The position numbers and the translations under genes were made by a program. A DNA stretch of 64,000 bases from Candidatus Gastranaerophilales bacterium (GTDB lineage: Bacteria > Cyanobacteriota > Vampirovibrionia > Gastranaerophilales > JANQFW01). The notes below the pieces were generated by a model. That model was not told the origin of the DNA and ran no database searches. It worked only from the letters and a program-made list of their open reading frames with translations. Below, one piece after another: positions 1 through 12,420 of this stretch (within the stretch, counting starts at the first letter, position 1; each line of letters opens with the position of its first letter). The stretch lies in contig JANQLL010000185.1 of the NCBI GenBank assembly GCA_028280605.1, positions 1,567-65,566 of the forward strand. Direction: 5' to 3'.

Positions 1-1
1 T

Positions 2-532
2 TTAATATATGATTATTCTGACTTAAAAATACCTGAAGAATTAATAAAAAATATAAACAGCTATTCTGATAAATATTTAATAACCTGGTCTATGGGGGTA
101 TGGGCAGCTGCAAAAACGTTAAATAATATAATATTTAACAAAAAAATAGCTATTAACGGAACCCTAAAACCGATAAATAATGAATTTGGTATAGCAGAAC
201 AGGTATTTAAAGGCACACTTGACAACCTTTCAGAGGCAACACGAGATAAATTTTTTAGAAGAATGTTTTTGAGTCAAGCTGATTATGCTAAATTTGTAAT
301 GCCCAAAAGGGATTTAGAGAATCAAAAGCAAGAATTAGCAATATTATTAAAAATAGCCACTGAATCTAAAGATATTGATTTTAATTATGATACAGTGCTT
401 GTATCAATAAAAGATAGAATTATGCCAACTAAAAATCAAATTAACTTTTGGGAAAACTATATAAGCATTGAAGGAGGACACTATCCGTTTTATAATTTCA
501 GCAATTGGAGCGAAATTATAAATGTTAGATAA
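2..532 (+). CDS. bioG: BioG-type pimeloyl-[ACP] methyl ester esterase (DUF452), 5' end cut by window edge
   Basis: Frame is open from nt 2. Motifs ITWSMGVW (nucleophile elbow), AINGTLKPINNEFGI and FKGTLDNLSE..RDKFFRRMF match the Haemophilus BioG/DUF452 pattern. Overlaps the bioC start by 11 nt. Confidence 0.8.
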   Translation, partial: LIYDYSDLKIPEELIKNINSYSDKYLITWSMGVWAAAKTLNNIIFNKKIAINGTLKPINNEFGIAEQVFKGTLDNLSEATRDKFFRRMFLSQADYAKFVMPKRDLENQKQELAILLKIATESKDIDFNYDTVLVSIKDRIMPTKNQINFWENYISIEGGHYPFYNFSNWSEIINVR

Positions 533-1262
533 GACTCTTTTGCGCAAACGCTTTGAGAAAGGTTTTGTTACGTATCGCAAAAATGCATTTATTCAATCAA
601 AAACTGCTCAGCTCATAATAGAAATAATTTTAAAATCAAATAAAAACTTTAAGGCTATCTACGAAATAGGTGCCGGTGAAGGACTTTTAACAGAAACTAT
701 AGATGAAAATTTATCTTATGACACTTTCTACGCCAACGATATTGTTAAGTCAGCAGGTGATTTAATTAAAAATATAAATAATAATATAATTTTTCACCCC
801 GGTGACATAGAAAAATTAACTTTGCCGCAAGGTTTAGATTTGGTTGTTTCTAATGCGGTGTTGCAATGGGTTGAAGATTTGGACAGTTTATTTAAAAAGA
901 TAAAAGATAATTTAAACGAGGGTGGAATGTTTATTTTTTCTTCTTTTGGGGAGAAAAATTTGATAGAATTAAAACAAATAACAAGCACGGGTTTGAAATA
1001 TAAGGAATTAAATGAATTAAAAAGTATTTTTTCAAATTATTTTGATATTTTTTACTTTGATGATTATATTGAAAAATTATATTTTGATAAGCCTTTTGAT
1101 GTATTAAATCATTTAAAATTTACTGGCACAAACGCAATAATCAGAACTCACTGGACAAAAACAAAATTAAAAGATTTTATCGCAAAATATGAGGAATTAA
1201 GAGAACAAAGCGGTATACCAGTAACTTATCATCCTGTGATTATTGGCGGGATAGCAAAGTAA
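522..1262 (+). CDS. bioC: Malonyl-[ACP] O-methyltransferase BioC (class I SAM methyltransferase)
   Basis: 246 aa with SAM-binding motif EIGAGEGLLTE. Classical bioG-bioC pairing with overlapping junction. Confidence 0.8.
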   Translation: MLDKTLLRKRFEKGFVTYRKNAFIQSKTAQLIIEIILKSNKNFKAIYEIGAGEGLLTETIDENLSYDTFYANDIVKSAGDLIKNINNNIIFHPGDIEKLTLPQGLDLVVSNAVLQWVEDLDSLFKKIKDNLNEGGMFIFSSFGEKNLIELKQITSTGLKYKELNELKSIFSNYFDIFYFDDYIEKLYFDKPFDVLNHLKFTGTNAIIRTHWTKTKLKDFIAKYEELREQSGIPVTYHPVIIGGIAK

Positions 1263-1316
1263 TATACATTTATGAATTAGAAGTTATACAGGTTTAAAAA
1301 ATAATAGGTAAGAGAT

Positions 1317-2723
1317 ATGAGTCCAGATAAAAAAGAAAAAGATTTTTTAAAAACATTAAATTTATATGATGCTATTGCCATTTTAGCAGGAGCAATGATT
1401 GGCTCCGGTATATTTGTGGTATCTTCTCATATGGCACAAGAGGTAAATAACACATCATTACTTCTTTTAGTGTGGATAGTGTCAGGTGTTATGACTATGA
1501 TTGGCGCTTTATCACTTGGTGAATTTTCTGCAAGTTTGCCACATGCCGGTGGGCAGTATATATACTTAAAAGAAACCTGGGGAAAAATAACAGGTTTTCT
1601 TTATGGCTGGTCATTATTTTTAGTGATACAAACAGGTGCTATTGCAGCAGTTGCAGTTGCTTTTGCTAAATTTTTAGGAGGCTTATGCCCTAATATTAGC
1701 TCCAATGTAACTTTATTTTATATTTATAAATTACCTGTATCGTCGCAGCAAGTAATAGCAATAGAATTAATTGTTTTGCTCACTTTTATTAATGTGTTTG
1801 GGGTAAAATTAGCATCAAAAATTCAAAATTTTATATCTGCTACTAATATTATTGCGCTTACCGGGATAATAGTTTCGGGTTTGTTTATTGGTTTAAATAC
1901 AGAGGTTTTAACTTTAAATGTTTCTGCGCCTGTGAATACGCCGGAGTTTGATATTAATATATTTTCAGTTATTGCAATAGCTTTGGTTGGTGGTATTTTT
2001 GCGTTTGAGGGCTGGAATAATCTAACTTTTGTTGCTGCTGAAATAAAAAATACTAAAAAAAATCTTCCTATTGCTTTGATTGCAGGGACTGGTCTTGTTA
2101 TACTTCTTTATTTACTTACAAATCTTGCATATGTTTCTGTATTGTCTATTGATCAAGTAAAAAATGCTCAGGATGGAATAATCGGAGCTGTTTTTATGCA
2201 GGCTATATTTGGAGATTATGGAAAAATTATAATCTCTATTATCATTATGATAGCGGCATTTGGCTGTGTAAACAGTACCATACTTAGCGGGGCTAGAGTT
2301 TTGTATGCAATGGCAAAAGATAAGTTATTCTTTGCGAAGATGGCTCAGCTTGGAAAAAAATCAAATGCACCGGAAAATGCCTTATACTTACAGGGGATAT
2401 GGTCAATAATTCTTGTGTTAAGTGGGACATTCTCGCAATTATTAGATTATTTGGTTTTTGTGGCCCTACTGTTTTATACATTAACTATTGGTGGATTATT
2501 TATCTTTAGAAAAAAGCATCCTGAGATTGAAAGACCTTATAAAGCCTTAGGTTATCCTTATTTACCCATAATTTATTGTGTGATTACTATATTTGTTGAA
2601 ATTAATCTGTTAATATACAAGCCTATGTATACATGGCCGGGCTTTCTTATTGTGTTAACCGGTATACCTGTTTACCTGTACTGGCAAAAACTAAACAAAA
2701 AGCAAGTAAATACAAGTGAATAA
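1317..2723 (+). CDS. APC-superfamily amino acid permease
   Basis: 468 aa, about 12 hydrophobic helices, N-terminal GAMIGSGIF motif typical of amino acid/polyamine/organocation transporters. Confidence 0.85.
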   Translation: MSPDKKEKDFLKTLNLYDAIAILAGAMIGSGIFVVSSHMAQEVNNTSLLLLVWIVSGVMTMIGALSLGEFSASLPHAGGQYIYLKETWGKITGFLYGWSLFLVIQTGAIAAVAVAFAKFLGGLCPNISSNVTLFYIYKLPVSSQQVIAIELIVLLTFINVFGVKLASKIQNFISATNIIALTGIIVSGLFIGLNTEVLTLNVSAPVNTPEFDINIFSVIAIALVGGIFAFEGWNNLTFVAAEIKNTKKNLPIALIAGTGLVILLYLLTNLAYVSVLSIDQVKNAQDGIIGAVFMQAIFGDYGKIIISIIIMIAAFGCVNSTILSGARVLYAMAKDKLFFAKMAQLGKKSNAPENALYLQGIWSIILVLSGTFSQLLDYLVFVALLFYTLTIGGLFIFRKKHPEIERPYKALGYPYLPIIYCVITIFVEINLLIYKPMYTWPGFLIVLTGIPVYLYWQKLNKKQVNTSE

Positions 2724-2755
2724 TAGTCATTACCTTGACTCTTTTGATATAAAAA

Positions 2756-2799
2756 TAAAAAAAGGATGATTTTCTTCTAGTAGAAAGCATCCTTTTTTT
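2756..2799. terminator. Bidirectional intrinsic terminator between convergent permease and adhE
   Basis: Hairpin GGATG(AT)TTT...AAA(G)CATCC flanked by an A-run on the left and a T7 run on the right. Confidence 0.6.
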
Positions 2800-2826
2800 A
2801 AGATTAAATATAATTAAAATTTTTAT

Positions 2827-5421
2827 TTAATTAACACCATTAAAAGCATTTATATAAAGCTCCTTCATCTCAGACATCAAAGGATATCTTGGATTAGCGC
2901 CAGTACACTGGTCATCAAAAGCAAGCTCGGTTATTTCATCTATTTGGGCATAGAATTCTTCTTCACTAACCCCTGCCTCTTTGATTGATAAAGGTATATC
3001 AAGTTCCTTTTTAAGATTTTGTACTGCATTGATTAATGCATCAACTTTTTCATCATCGTTATTACCGTTCAATCCAATAACTGAAGCAATTTTAGCATAT
3101 CTCACCTTTGCGCTTGGATATTTATACTGAGGGAAAGAACACTGTTTTGTAGGATTATCCGTTGCATTGTACCTGATAATCTGATTTATCATAAGAGCAT
3201 TGGCAATACCATGCGGCAAGTCAAATGTAGCCCCAAGCTTGTGAGCCATTGAATGACACAACCCTAAAAACGAATTCGCAAACGCCATACCTGCCATTGT
3301 TCCTGCATAGTGCATTTTTTCCCTTGCTAATTGATTTTTAGCACCTTCTTTGTAGGATAAAGGAAGATATTCAAATATCATTTGTATTGATTCAAGTGCA
3401 ATGCCGTCAGTATAATCGCTGGCAACCACGGAAACATAGGCTTCAAGCGCGTGCGTTAACGCATCAATACCAGAAGCTGCTGTCAAGCCTTTTGGCATAT
3501 GCATAACAAAATCAGGATCAACAATCGCCATATTGGGAGTTAGTGCATAATCAGCAATAGGATATTTAATATGGGTCTTATCATCTGTAATTACAGCAAA
3601 AGGTGTAACTTCAGAACCTGTACCTGATGTTGTAGGTATTGCTACCATATCAGCCTTGTTTCCAAGTGCCGGTACCTGGCAAATTCTTTTTCTTATATCC
3701 ATAAAGCGCATCGCTATATCATCAAATTTTAAGTCCGGCTGTTCATACATCAGCCATATTATTTTAGCGGCATCAATAGGAGAACCGCCACCCAATGCAA
3801 TAATAACATCCGGCTTAAAGCTGTTAACTGTTTCCAATGCGTGGTTTACTGTAGTCAAATCAGGATCAGGCTTAACGTCAGAAAATATTTGATAATTAAT
3901 ATCCATTTCTTCAAGTACATTAGTAACTTTATGAGTATACCCAAGATCAAAAAGAACTTTATCTGTAATAATAAAAGCTTTTTGCTTGCACTCAAGTTCT
4001 TTTAAAGCTAATTCCACAGCTCCTTGCTTAAAATAAATTTTAGGAGGAACCCTAAACCACAGCATATTCTCTCTCCTTTCAGCAACAGTTTTAATATTAA
4101 TAAGATGATGAATCTCTACGTTTTCACTAACAGAATTCCCGCCCCAGGAGCCACAACCCAGAGTTAAAGAAGGAGTAAGCCTAAAGTTATAAATATCTCC
4201 AATTGCACCGTGAGAAGAAGGAGAATTAACAAGCACCCTGCCTGTTTCAATGTTATTACTAAATTGTTCAATACGATCTTTATTTAAAGGATTAGTATAA
4301 AGAACAGAAGTATGGCCCTGTCCGCCAAATTCTATAAGCTTAACAGATTTATCTATTGCCTCATCATAGTTATGAGCATAATATAAAGCAAGAATTGGTG
4401 ATAGTTTTTCATAAGAAAGAGGCTCTTCTGTACCGACTTTATCAACTTCACCTATTAGGACTTTTGTATTTTCAGGCACTTCAAGTCCTGCAAGCTGTGC
4501 GATTTTATAAGCGGGCTGCCCTACTATTTGGGCATTTAGTTTACCATCTTGTATTATTACTTCTCTTACACGATCCTTTTCCCAATCATTGAGTATATAA
4601 GCGCTGCGATAGATAAATTCATCTTTTACTGCATTGTAAACATCTGAAACAGCCACAACCGATTGTTCAGATGCGCAAATAACACCATTATCAAAAGTTT
4701 TGCTCATCAAAATTGAACTAACAGACATTTTAATATCAGCTGTTTCATCTATAATTGCAGGAGTATTACCCGCACCTACGCCTAAAGCAGGCTTACCCGA
4801 ACTGTACGCTGCTTTTACCATACTTGGCCCACCTGTAGCTAATATTAAATTGACCTTAGGATGGTGCATTAAATGCAGAGAAGATTCAACAGTAGGTTCT
4901 TCCAGCCAGCCGATAATATCTTTAGGAGCTCCCGCATCAATTGCCGCTTGCAATGTTATTCTTGCGGCTTCGATAGTACAATTTTTTGCCCTGGGATGAG
5001 GAGAAAAAATAATGGCATTTCTTGTTTTTAATGCAAGCAATGCCTTAAATATAGCTGTTGAAGTCGGATTTGTAGTTGGTATTATACCGGCTATTATACC
5101 TATGGGCTCAGCTACTTTTGTTATTCCGTTTGTTATATCTTCTTCTATAATCCCGCAGGTTTTAGAATTTTTAAATTTATTAAAAATATATTCAGACGCA
5201 AAATGATTTTTTATAACCTTATCTTCTACTATGCCCATTGAGGTTTCTTCCACAGCCTGCTTAGCCAGAGGAACCCTCATGTTATTGGCTGCTAATGCTG
5301 CTGCTTTAAAAATTTTATCAACCTGTTCTTGTGTATACGTAGAATAAATTTTTTGTGCTTCTGTTGCTTTTTGAATAACTAAATCTAAAGCTTCTGAATC
5401 AAACGTTTTCATAGTATCCAT
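2827..5421 (-). CDS. adhE: Bifunctional acetaldehyde-CoA/alcohol dehydrogenase AdhE
   Basis: 864 aa. N-terminal ALDH domain with catalytic Cys context VICASEQS; C-terminal iron-ADH domain with GGGSPIDAAK. SD GGAG lies upstream of the ATG. Confidence 0.95.
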   Translation of the reverse strand: MDTMKTFDSEALDLVIQKATEAQKIYSTYTQEQVDKIFKAAALAANNMRVPLAKQAVEETSMGIVEDKVIKNHFASEYIFNKFKNSKTCGIIEEDITNGITKVAEPIGIIAGIIPTTNPTSTAIFKALLALKTRNAIIFSPHPRAKNCTIEAARITLQAAIDAGAPKDIIGWLEEPTVESSLHLMHHPKVNLILATGGPSMVKAAYSSGKPALGVGAGNTPAIIDETADIKMSVSSILMSKTFDNGVICASEQSVVAVSDVYNAVKDEFIYRSAYILNDWEKDRVREVIIQDGKLNAQIVGQPAYKIAQLAGLEVPENTKVLIGEVDKVGTEEPLSYEKLSPILALYYAHNYDEAIDKSVKLIEFGGQGHTSVLYTNPLNKDRIEQFSNNIETGRVLVNSPSSHGAIGDIYNFRLTPSLTLGCGSWGGNSVSENVEIHHLINIKTVAERRENMLWFRVPPKIYFKQGAVELALKELECKQKAFIITDKVLFDLGYTHKVTNVLEEMDINYQIFSDVKPDPDLTTVNHALETVNSFKPDVIIALGGGSPIDAAKIIWLMYEQPDLKFDDIAMRFMDIRKRICQVPALGNKADMVAIPTTSGTGSEVTPFAVITDDKTHIKYPIADYALTPNMAIVDPDFVMHMPKGLTAASGIDALTHALEAYVSVVASDYTDGIALESIQMIFEYLPLSYKEGAKNQLAREKMHYAGTMAGMAFANSFLGLCHSMAHKLGATFDLPHGIANALMINQIIRYNATDNPTKQCSFPQYKYPSAKVRYAKIASVIGLNGNNDDEKVDALINAVQNLKKELDIPLSIKEAGVSEEEFYAQIDEITELAFDDQCTGANPRYPLMSEMKELYINAFNGVN

Positions 5422-5448
5422 TTTTGACTCCTATCAATCTGAGTATAA

Positions 5449-5466
5449 TTGTGATATTTATCACTA
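5449..5466. promoter_or_regulatory. Rex-box-like operator in the adhE promoter region
   Basis: TTGTGATATTTATCACTA fits the TTGTGA-N6-TCACAA Rex operator pattern. It abuts a minus-strand TATACT -10 candidate (5442-5447). Confidence 0.55.
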
Positions 5467-5577
5467 TTTAGCGTACAATATTTTTCAAGCAAAAACAACT
5501 CCCTAATATAATACATTCAAGACGATCCTGAAGCTTAAAAATTTCTTTTTTTGATAAATTTTTTCTATTTTGCCAGT

Positions 5578-5607
5578 TTGACAAAAAATATAGAAAAATG
5601 ATATAAT
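5578..5607 (+). promoter_or_regulatory. Sigma70-type promoter of rex
   Basis: Consensus -35 TTGACA (5578-5583), 18-nt spacer, consensus -10 TATAAT (5602-5607). Confidence 0.65.
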
Positions 5608-5616
5608 AAAATTTAA

Positions 5617-5634
5617 TTGTGACAATTGTCACAA
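5617..5634. promoter_or_regulatory. Rex operator (perfect palindrome) at the rex transcription start
   Basis: TTGTGACAATTGTCACAA is an 18-bp perfect palindrome matching TTGTGA-N6-TCACAA, 10 nt downstream of the -10. Confidence 0.7.
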
Positions 5635-5660
5635 TTAGTTTAAAAAAAAGAAAGAATATT

Positions 5661-6284
5661 ATGGAAAAAAAAATTCCTGAAAAAGTCGTAAACAGATTAA
5701 CTTTTTATCATAGTATAGTGTCAGAATTTGTTGAAAAAAATGAAAAAAATATAACCAGCCCGCAATTGGCACACAGGCTTAATATTGATGATTCTCAGGT
5801 AAGAAAAGATTTTAAGCTCTTAAATAAAGTTGGACGTTGCAGAGTGGGGTATTGCACAAAAGAGTTAAAAGAAACTATTGAAAATACTCTTGGCTTTTCT
5901 AATAAAAGAAACGCTTTTATTGTTGGGGCAGGGCATTTAGGTTTAGCATTGGCCAAGTACGATAAATTTGATAATTATGGGTTAAACATATTGGCTTTAT
6001 TTGACACTGATCCTTTAAAGATAGACATGCAGCTTAATGATAAAAAAATATTTCATCTAACTAAGCTTCCAGACTTAGCTGAGGAGTTAAGTGTTGATAT
6101 TGCGATATTAACAGTACCAAGACAGTTTGCCCAAGAGGTAGCAGACTTTTTGATAAGGTCAGGAATAAAATATATATGGAATTTCACGCCTTGTGTACTT
6201 TGTGCACCGGACCATATAAAAGTTTGGAATGAAAATTTGATGGCTAGCTTTTTGCAGTTTGCCTGCAAAGAAATTGACTGGTAA
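5661..6284 (+). CDS. rex: Redox-sensing transcriptional repressor Rex
   Basis: N-terminal winged helix (IPEKVVNRLTFYH) plus Rossmann motif IVGAGHLG. ATG at 5661 preferred over the GTG at 5619, which lies inside the operator palindrome. Confidence 0.9.
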   Translation: MEKKIPEKVVNRLTFYHSIVSEFVEKNEKNITSPQLAHRLNIDDSQVRKDFKLLNKVGRCRVGYCTKELKETIENTLGFSNKRNAFIVGAGHLGLALAKYDKFDNYGLNILALFDTDPLKIDMQLNDKKIFHLTKLPDLAEELSVDIAILTVPRQFAQEVADFLIRSGIKYIWNFTPCVLCAPDHIKVWNENLMASFLQFACKEIDW

Positions 6285-6617
6285 GTTACAATTTCTATTA
6301 TTTATACTACCAGATTTTACTTAAAAGACCTAATACCACAGGCACTAAGTCTTTTAAGCAAAATCCGGATTCTTCTCAAGGATTCTGAAAAGGGTGATGC
6401 CACACCCTTGTACTTGTCCATTTAATATTAACATATTCTTGTGCATTATGCACGTCACCTTTTTCTAAAAGATGTAACAGCAATACATTACTATTCCTCA
6501 ATCGAAATTTATGATACTTACAAGCAAATTTTAGCCATATTAAATGTAACACTTTTTTAACAAAATCACCCTTTTTTCGGATAATCCTAAACCTGGCATG
6601 CATTAAAATTCAAAAAC

Positions 6618-6626
6618 TGATATAAT
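6618..6626 (+). promoter_or_regulatory. Extended -10 promoter element upstream of the orphan ORF
   Basis: TGaTATAAT, 36 nt upstream of the TTG at 6662. Confidence 0.45.
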
Positions 6627-6661
6627 ATTAATTAAACAAACAAATAATATATCAAAGTAAG

Positions 6662-8281
6662 TTGAGATTAAAGGTATTGGTTTTGACTAAAGAAGCTGCA
6701 AAAATTGAAGACACAGGCCAAAAGGACAATGATAAATACGCATCTATTTTATATTACAGACTGCGCAACAAAATTGTCTTACTTCGCCGTTTTGCCAAAA
6801 ACTGCGATCTGATGGGCTATAAAGATCGCCTACTCGAAGCTGTAAAAACAACAGAAATGCAGTTCGACACTGTAGGCAAAGAATATATGCACATAATGCG
6901 CACAGGCAACTGGAGTAAATTCCTGATACAAAAAATGGAATTTGTTAACATGGGTCTGCAATCTTTTGCAATGAACATAATAGAAAGCGTAGAAAAAAGA
7001 AGAGCCGCCAAGAAATGGCATGCAAGAAAGCCCAAGTCCGATAGGCCAAGCTTCAAAACAAACACAGAAGGTTTAATAAACCTTGCAAAGAAAACTTATT
7101 CGTTGGTAAGCACAAAAATACCCGATGAAATAAGGGCTAAATTTTCAACTCAGCAGATTATTGCAGTTAACAACCTGAATAAGCTAAACCAAAAAATACT
7201 TGAAGAAATCGATATAATAAGAGATAAATTCGATGATTGTCATAAATTTTCTAGATTATTACCGTTAATGATGGAAAAAATGGCTCGTTTGAATCTGGAA
7301 CTCCCAACAGAGTTTGTTGTACTAAGACCATGGTCAATCAATGATTACGAATTATCTGAAGGTAATCCCGAAGATCTCCATTTATTTAAGAAATTGACAA
7401 ATATAAGCAAAAAAATTCTGTCAGAATTAAAGCAAATACACTTTAATCAAGATTTGTTTATGGATATAGTACCTGATCAAGTAAGCTACAGCAATGTTAA
7501 AGAAATTTTGCATCTACCAATCCCAAAAGATTGCTCAAATTCAGAACCTAATGATATATCCTATCCTAAATACCACGAGGGCTTCACCGATCACCCTCTG
7601 ATTAGAATAATAGACGCACACAAAGAGTTATTATACAAAATTCGCTGTGTGCGCCAGTCTCAGTTTAGACTCGATAAAGTCAAGCATAATATCTGTTATA
7701 AAGATGATTATCTTGCTTTGGCACGAGACAAATATTATGATCCATACCAGGAAGACGAAATTAAATACTTTAGCTACGAAACATGGGAAGATGAAGCAGT
7801 AACCCCTGAACAGGAGGAGCAAAGATACAATGAACACTTTGAGTATTACAGGGATTACAAAAATCGTGACTATGAGCAAAGGGTTATCAATGCTCAACGC
7901 CGCAAATCACGCAAATTAATGGCTGTAGAGCGCAACAAATTTGTTGCAGATTGCTGCGAGGAGGCAAGGAAGGAAGCACGCCAACGCAAATTGGAAGACA
8001 GTGCAAAAAAGAAGCTTAAAAATGTTAAACAGGGGAAGTATAAACCGGTTAAAGCCAGCTTGAGATTGAATGCGTTAAAGTTATATAAAGAAGTATCCGC
8101 TAATGCAAAGGTGACCGATGCTGCTTCAGCAGGCGATACTGATATTTTAAAAGATGATAAAAAAGAAAATATTATAAAAGAAGATACTTTTAGCGATGAA
8201 AATAATCAGATAAATAATAATATAATAGATATAAATAATAGTAAGAAAGAAGAATTAAACAAGAAAAAGCCACACTACTAG
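6662..8281 (+). CDS. Hypothetical protein, highly charged, no recognisable domain
   Basis: 539-codon ORF, very unlikely by chance in AT-rich DNA. Start uncertain: TTG with no SD, and internal ATGs are possible. Y/D/E-rich middle and K/R-rich C-terminal third. Confidence 0.6.
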   Translation: MRLKVLVLTKEAAKIEDTGQKDNDKYASILYYRLRNKIVLLRRFAKNCDLMGYKDRLLEAVKTTEMQFDTVGKEYMHIMRTGNWSKFLIQKMEFVNMGLQSFAMNIIESVEKRRAAKKWHARKPKSDRPSFKTNTEGLINLAKKTYSLVSTKIPDEIRAKFSTQQIIAVNNLNKLNQKILEEIDIIRDKFDDCHKFSRLLPLMMEKMARLNLELPTEFVVLRPWSINDYELSEGNPEDLHLFKKLTNISKKILSELKQIHFNQDLFMDIVPDQVSYSNVKEILHLPIPKDCSNSEPNDISYPKYHEGFTDHPLIRIIDAHKELLYKIRCVRQSQFRLDKVKHNICYKDDYLALARDKYYDPYQEDEIKYFSYETWEDEAVTPEQEEQRYNEHFEYYRDYKNRDYEQRVINAQRRKSRKLMAVERNKFVADCCEEARKEARQRKLEDSAKKKLKNVKQGKYKPVKASLRLNALKLYKEVSANAKVTDAASAGDTDILKDDKKENIIKEDTFSDENNQINNNIIDINNSKKEELNKKKPHY

Positions 8282-8313
8282 CTGGCTTTATTCTAAAATT
8301 ATAAGCTATTTAA

Positions 8314-8353
8314 GGCAATGACAGACCTTTTCTCAACAAAAGGGATCATTGCC
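8314..8353. terminator. Bidirectional terminator between convergent genes
   Basis: Nested hairpin GGCAATGA..CCTTTT-CTCAAC-AAAAGG..TCATTGCC followed by T-rich sequence. Confidence 0.6.
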
Positions 8354-8366
8354 ATTCTTATTATTT

Positions 8367-10806
<2,440 letters not shown>

Positions 10807-11040
10807 TTAAACACCATACCTTATGATATTTTAAACATTCTCTTATTTCAAATATATTAAATTCTTTCTACTGCTTTTATTACAAAAAATTTAATAAATA
10901 AATAAAGATAAGAATCATTTTTTCTTGAATAAACATATGTTACAAATATTTGTTTATTATTAAAAAAACTATTTTGTTGTTAAAATAGATTCAGAACCAA
11001 TAAATCAATTAATTATACTGGCGGCGCAGAGGAGGCTCAA

Positions 11041-12414
11041 ATGCACCTAATCAACAAATTAAAAGAAATATCAGCAAATAAGCCAATATTATTTACCACA
11101 CCGGGGCATTCTCAAGGAAAAATAATATTTCCTCAATTAAGAAATTTAATCGGTAAAAAAGTATTTAAAAATGATTATTCAGAGATTATAGGCTTGGATA
11201 ACTTGCAGAATCCTTCTGATACATTGCTAAAATCACAACTTAGATCGGGTGTAATATACGATAGCAAAGCATCTTTTTATTTAACAAACGGATCATCCTC
11301 AGGCATAACAGCACTAATGTTAGCCACAGCTAAAAAAGGTGACAAAATTTTAATAGCAAGAAATGCTCATAAATCTGTGATAAATGCATTAACCCTAACA
11401 GGTGCCATACCTGTATGGTTGGATACAGACTGGATAAATGACTGGAATATATCAAATAATGTTTGTCCGGCTAAATTAAAAGACGCACTGGAAAAAAATC
11501 CTGATATAACGTCAGTGTGGATTACAAATCCAACCTACGAAGGCATAATTGCTGATGTAGCAGAAATATATCAAATCTGTAAAGAGAAAAATGTTATGTT
11601 AATAGTTGATGAAGCTCACGGTGCATTATGGAACTTCCACAATAGTTTACCGGAGCCTGCCATCAAACTTGGTGCTGACGCTTCAGTTCAATCTTTACAT
11701 AAAAGTGCTTCATGCTTAACCCAAGGTGCAATATTACATATAGCCAAGCATTCTTCTATAACCCCTGAAAGAATGCAAAAATGTTTAAATATAACAAGCA
11801 CAACATCACCTTCTTATATATTACTGGCAAGTATAGAAGGATCCATTGAGCATATAAATTCACTACAAGGCGAAAAAGATTTAAGTAAATTATTAGAAAA
11901 CATTGAAAAATTTAAACAAAAATTGGAAAAGTATCCTGAAATTATTTTTTATAATGATGAAAATCATGACCCAACAAAATTGTTGTTTAAGTTAAAAGAT
12001 ATTTCAGGTAATTTAGTAGCTGAACACCTGGAAAATAAAAGAAATATAGAAGTAGAAGTTAATAACGATGTATCATTAATGGCATACACTGGTATTGGTA
12101 CAACAAATAAAAAATTAGACAATTTAATGTCTTCTCTAATTCTGGCAATGAAAACATTACCTCAAAGAAGTTCAGCTCCTTTGTGTCAAAATTATTTCAC
12201 ATCTCCGCATGTGATTTTTTCCCCGGCCGAAGCCTTTCATAAAAAATCAAAAATATTACCAATTCAGGAATGCCAGGGACTTGTTACAAAAGAAACAATT
12301 GTACCTTATCCGCCGGGCATTCCCATCTTGATATGTGGTGAGCTTATTAAGCAAAATCATATTGAATGCTTAATCAAAGCTGGAAAAAAATCTATTGAAA
12401 TAATTATTGATTAA
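11041..12414 (+). CDS. PLP-dependent Orn/Lys/Arg decarboxylase family protein
   Basis: 457 aa. ITNPTYEG, DEAHGA and the SLHKS PLP-lysine motif. Strong SD GAGGAGG upstream. Confidence 0.8.
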   Translation: MHLINKLKEISANKPILFTTPGHSQGKIIFPQLRNLIGKKVFKNDYSEIIGLDNLQNPSDTLLKSQLRSGVIYDSKASFYLTNGSSSGITALMLATAKKGDKILIARNAHKSVINALTLTGAIPVWLDTDWINDWNISNNVCPAKLKDALEKNPDITSVWITNPTYEGIIADVAEIYQICKEKNVMLIVDEAHGALWNFHNSLPEPAIKLGADASVQSLHKSASCLTQGAILHIAKHSSITPERMQKCLNITSTTSPSYILLASIEGSIEHINSLQGEKDLSKLLENIEKFKQKLEKYPEIIFYNDENHDPTKLLFKLKDISGNLVAEHLENKRNIEVEVNNDVSLMAYTGIGTTNKKLDNLMSSLILAMKTLPQRSSAPLCQNYFTSPHVIFSPAEAFHKKSKILPIQECQGLVTKETIVPYPPGIPILICGELIKQNHIECLIKAGKKSIEIIID

Positions 12415-12420
12415 TTTTCC

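Noticed and set aside
3656-5206. Plus-strand ORFs of 64-99 aa inside adhE, and similar antisense or overlapping ORFs inside ligA, cpaC, murD, murF, bioA, the phosphohexomutase and other genes throughout the track
   Set aside because: They are shadow ORFs opposite or overlapping well-supported conserved genes, and they carry no independent signals.
5619-5660. Alternative-start extensions in the ORF track: rex GTG at 5619, pheA TTG at 57841, secreted protein GTG at 36103, ftsW start at 32213, and amidotransferase TTG at 61639
   Set aside because: In each case a downstream ATG with a better SD, signal peptide or family-typical N-terminus is available. The extension also overlaps an operator or a neighbouring gene.
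6376-6603. 75-aa basic minus-strand ORF between rex and the orphan gene
   Set aside because: It has no SD or promoter that I can see and no motif. It may be chance, so I left it unannotated. The region is noted under the orphan-gene finding.
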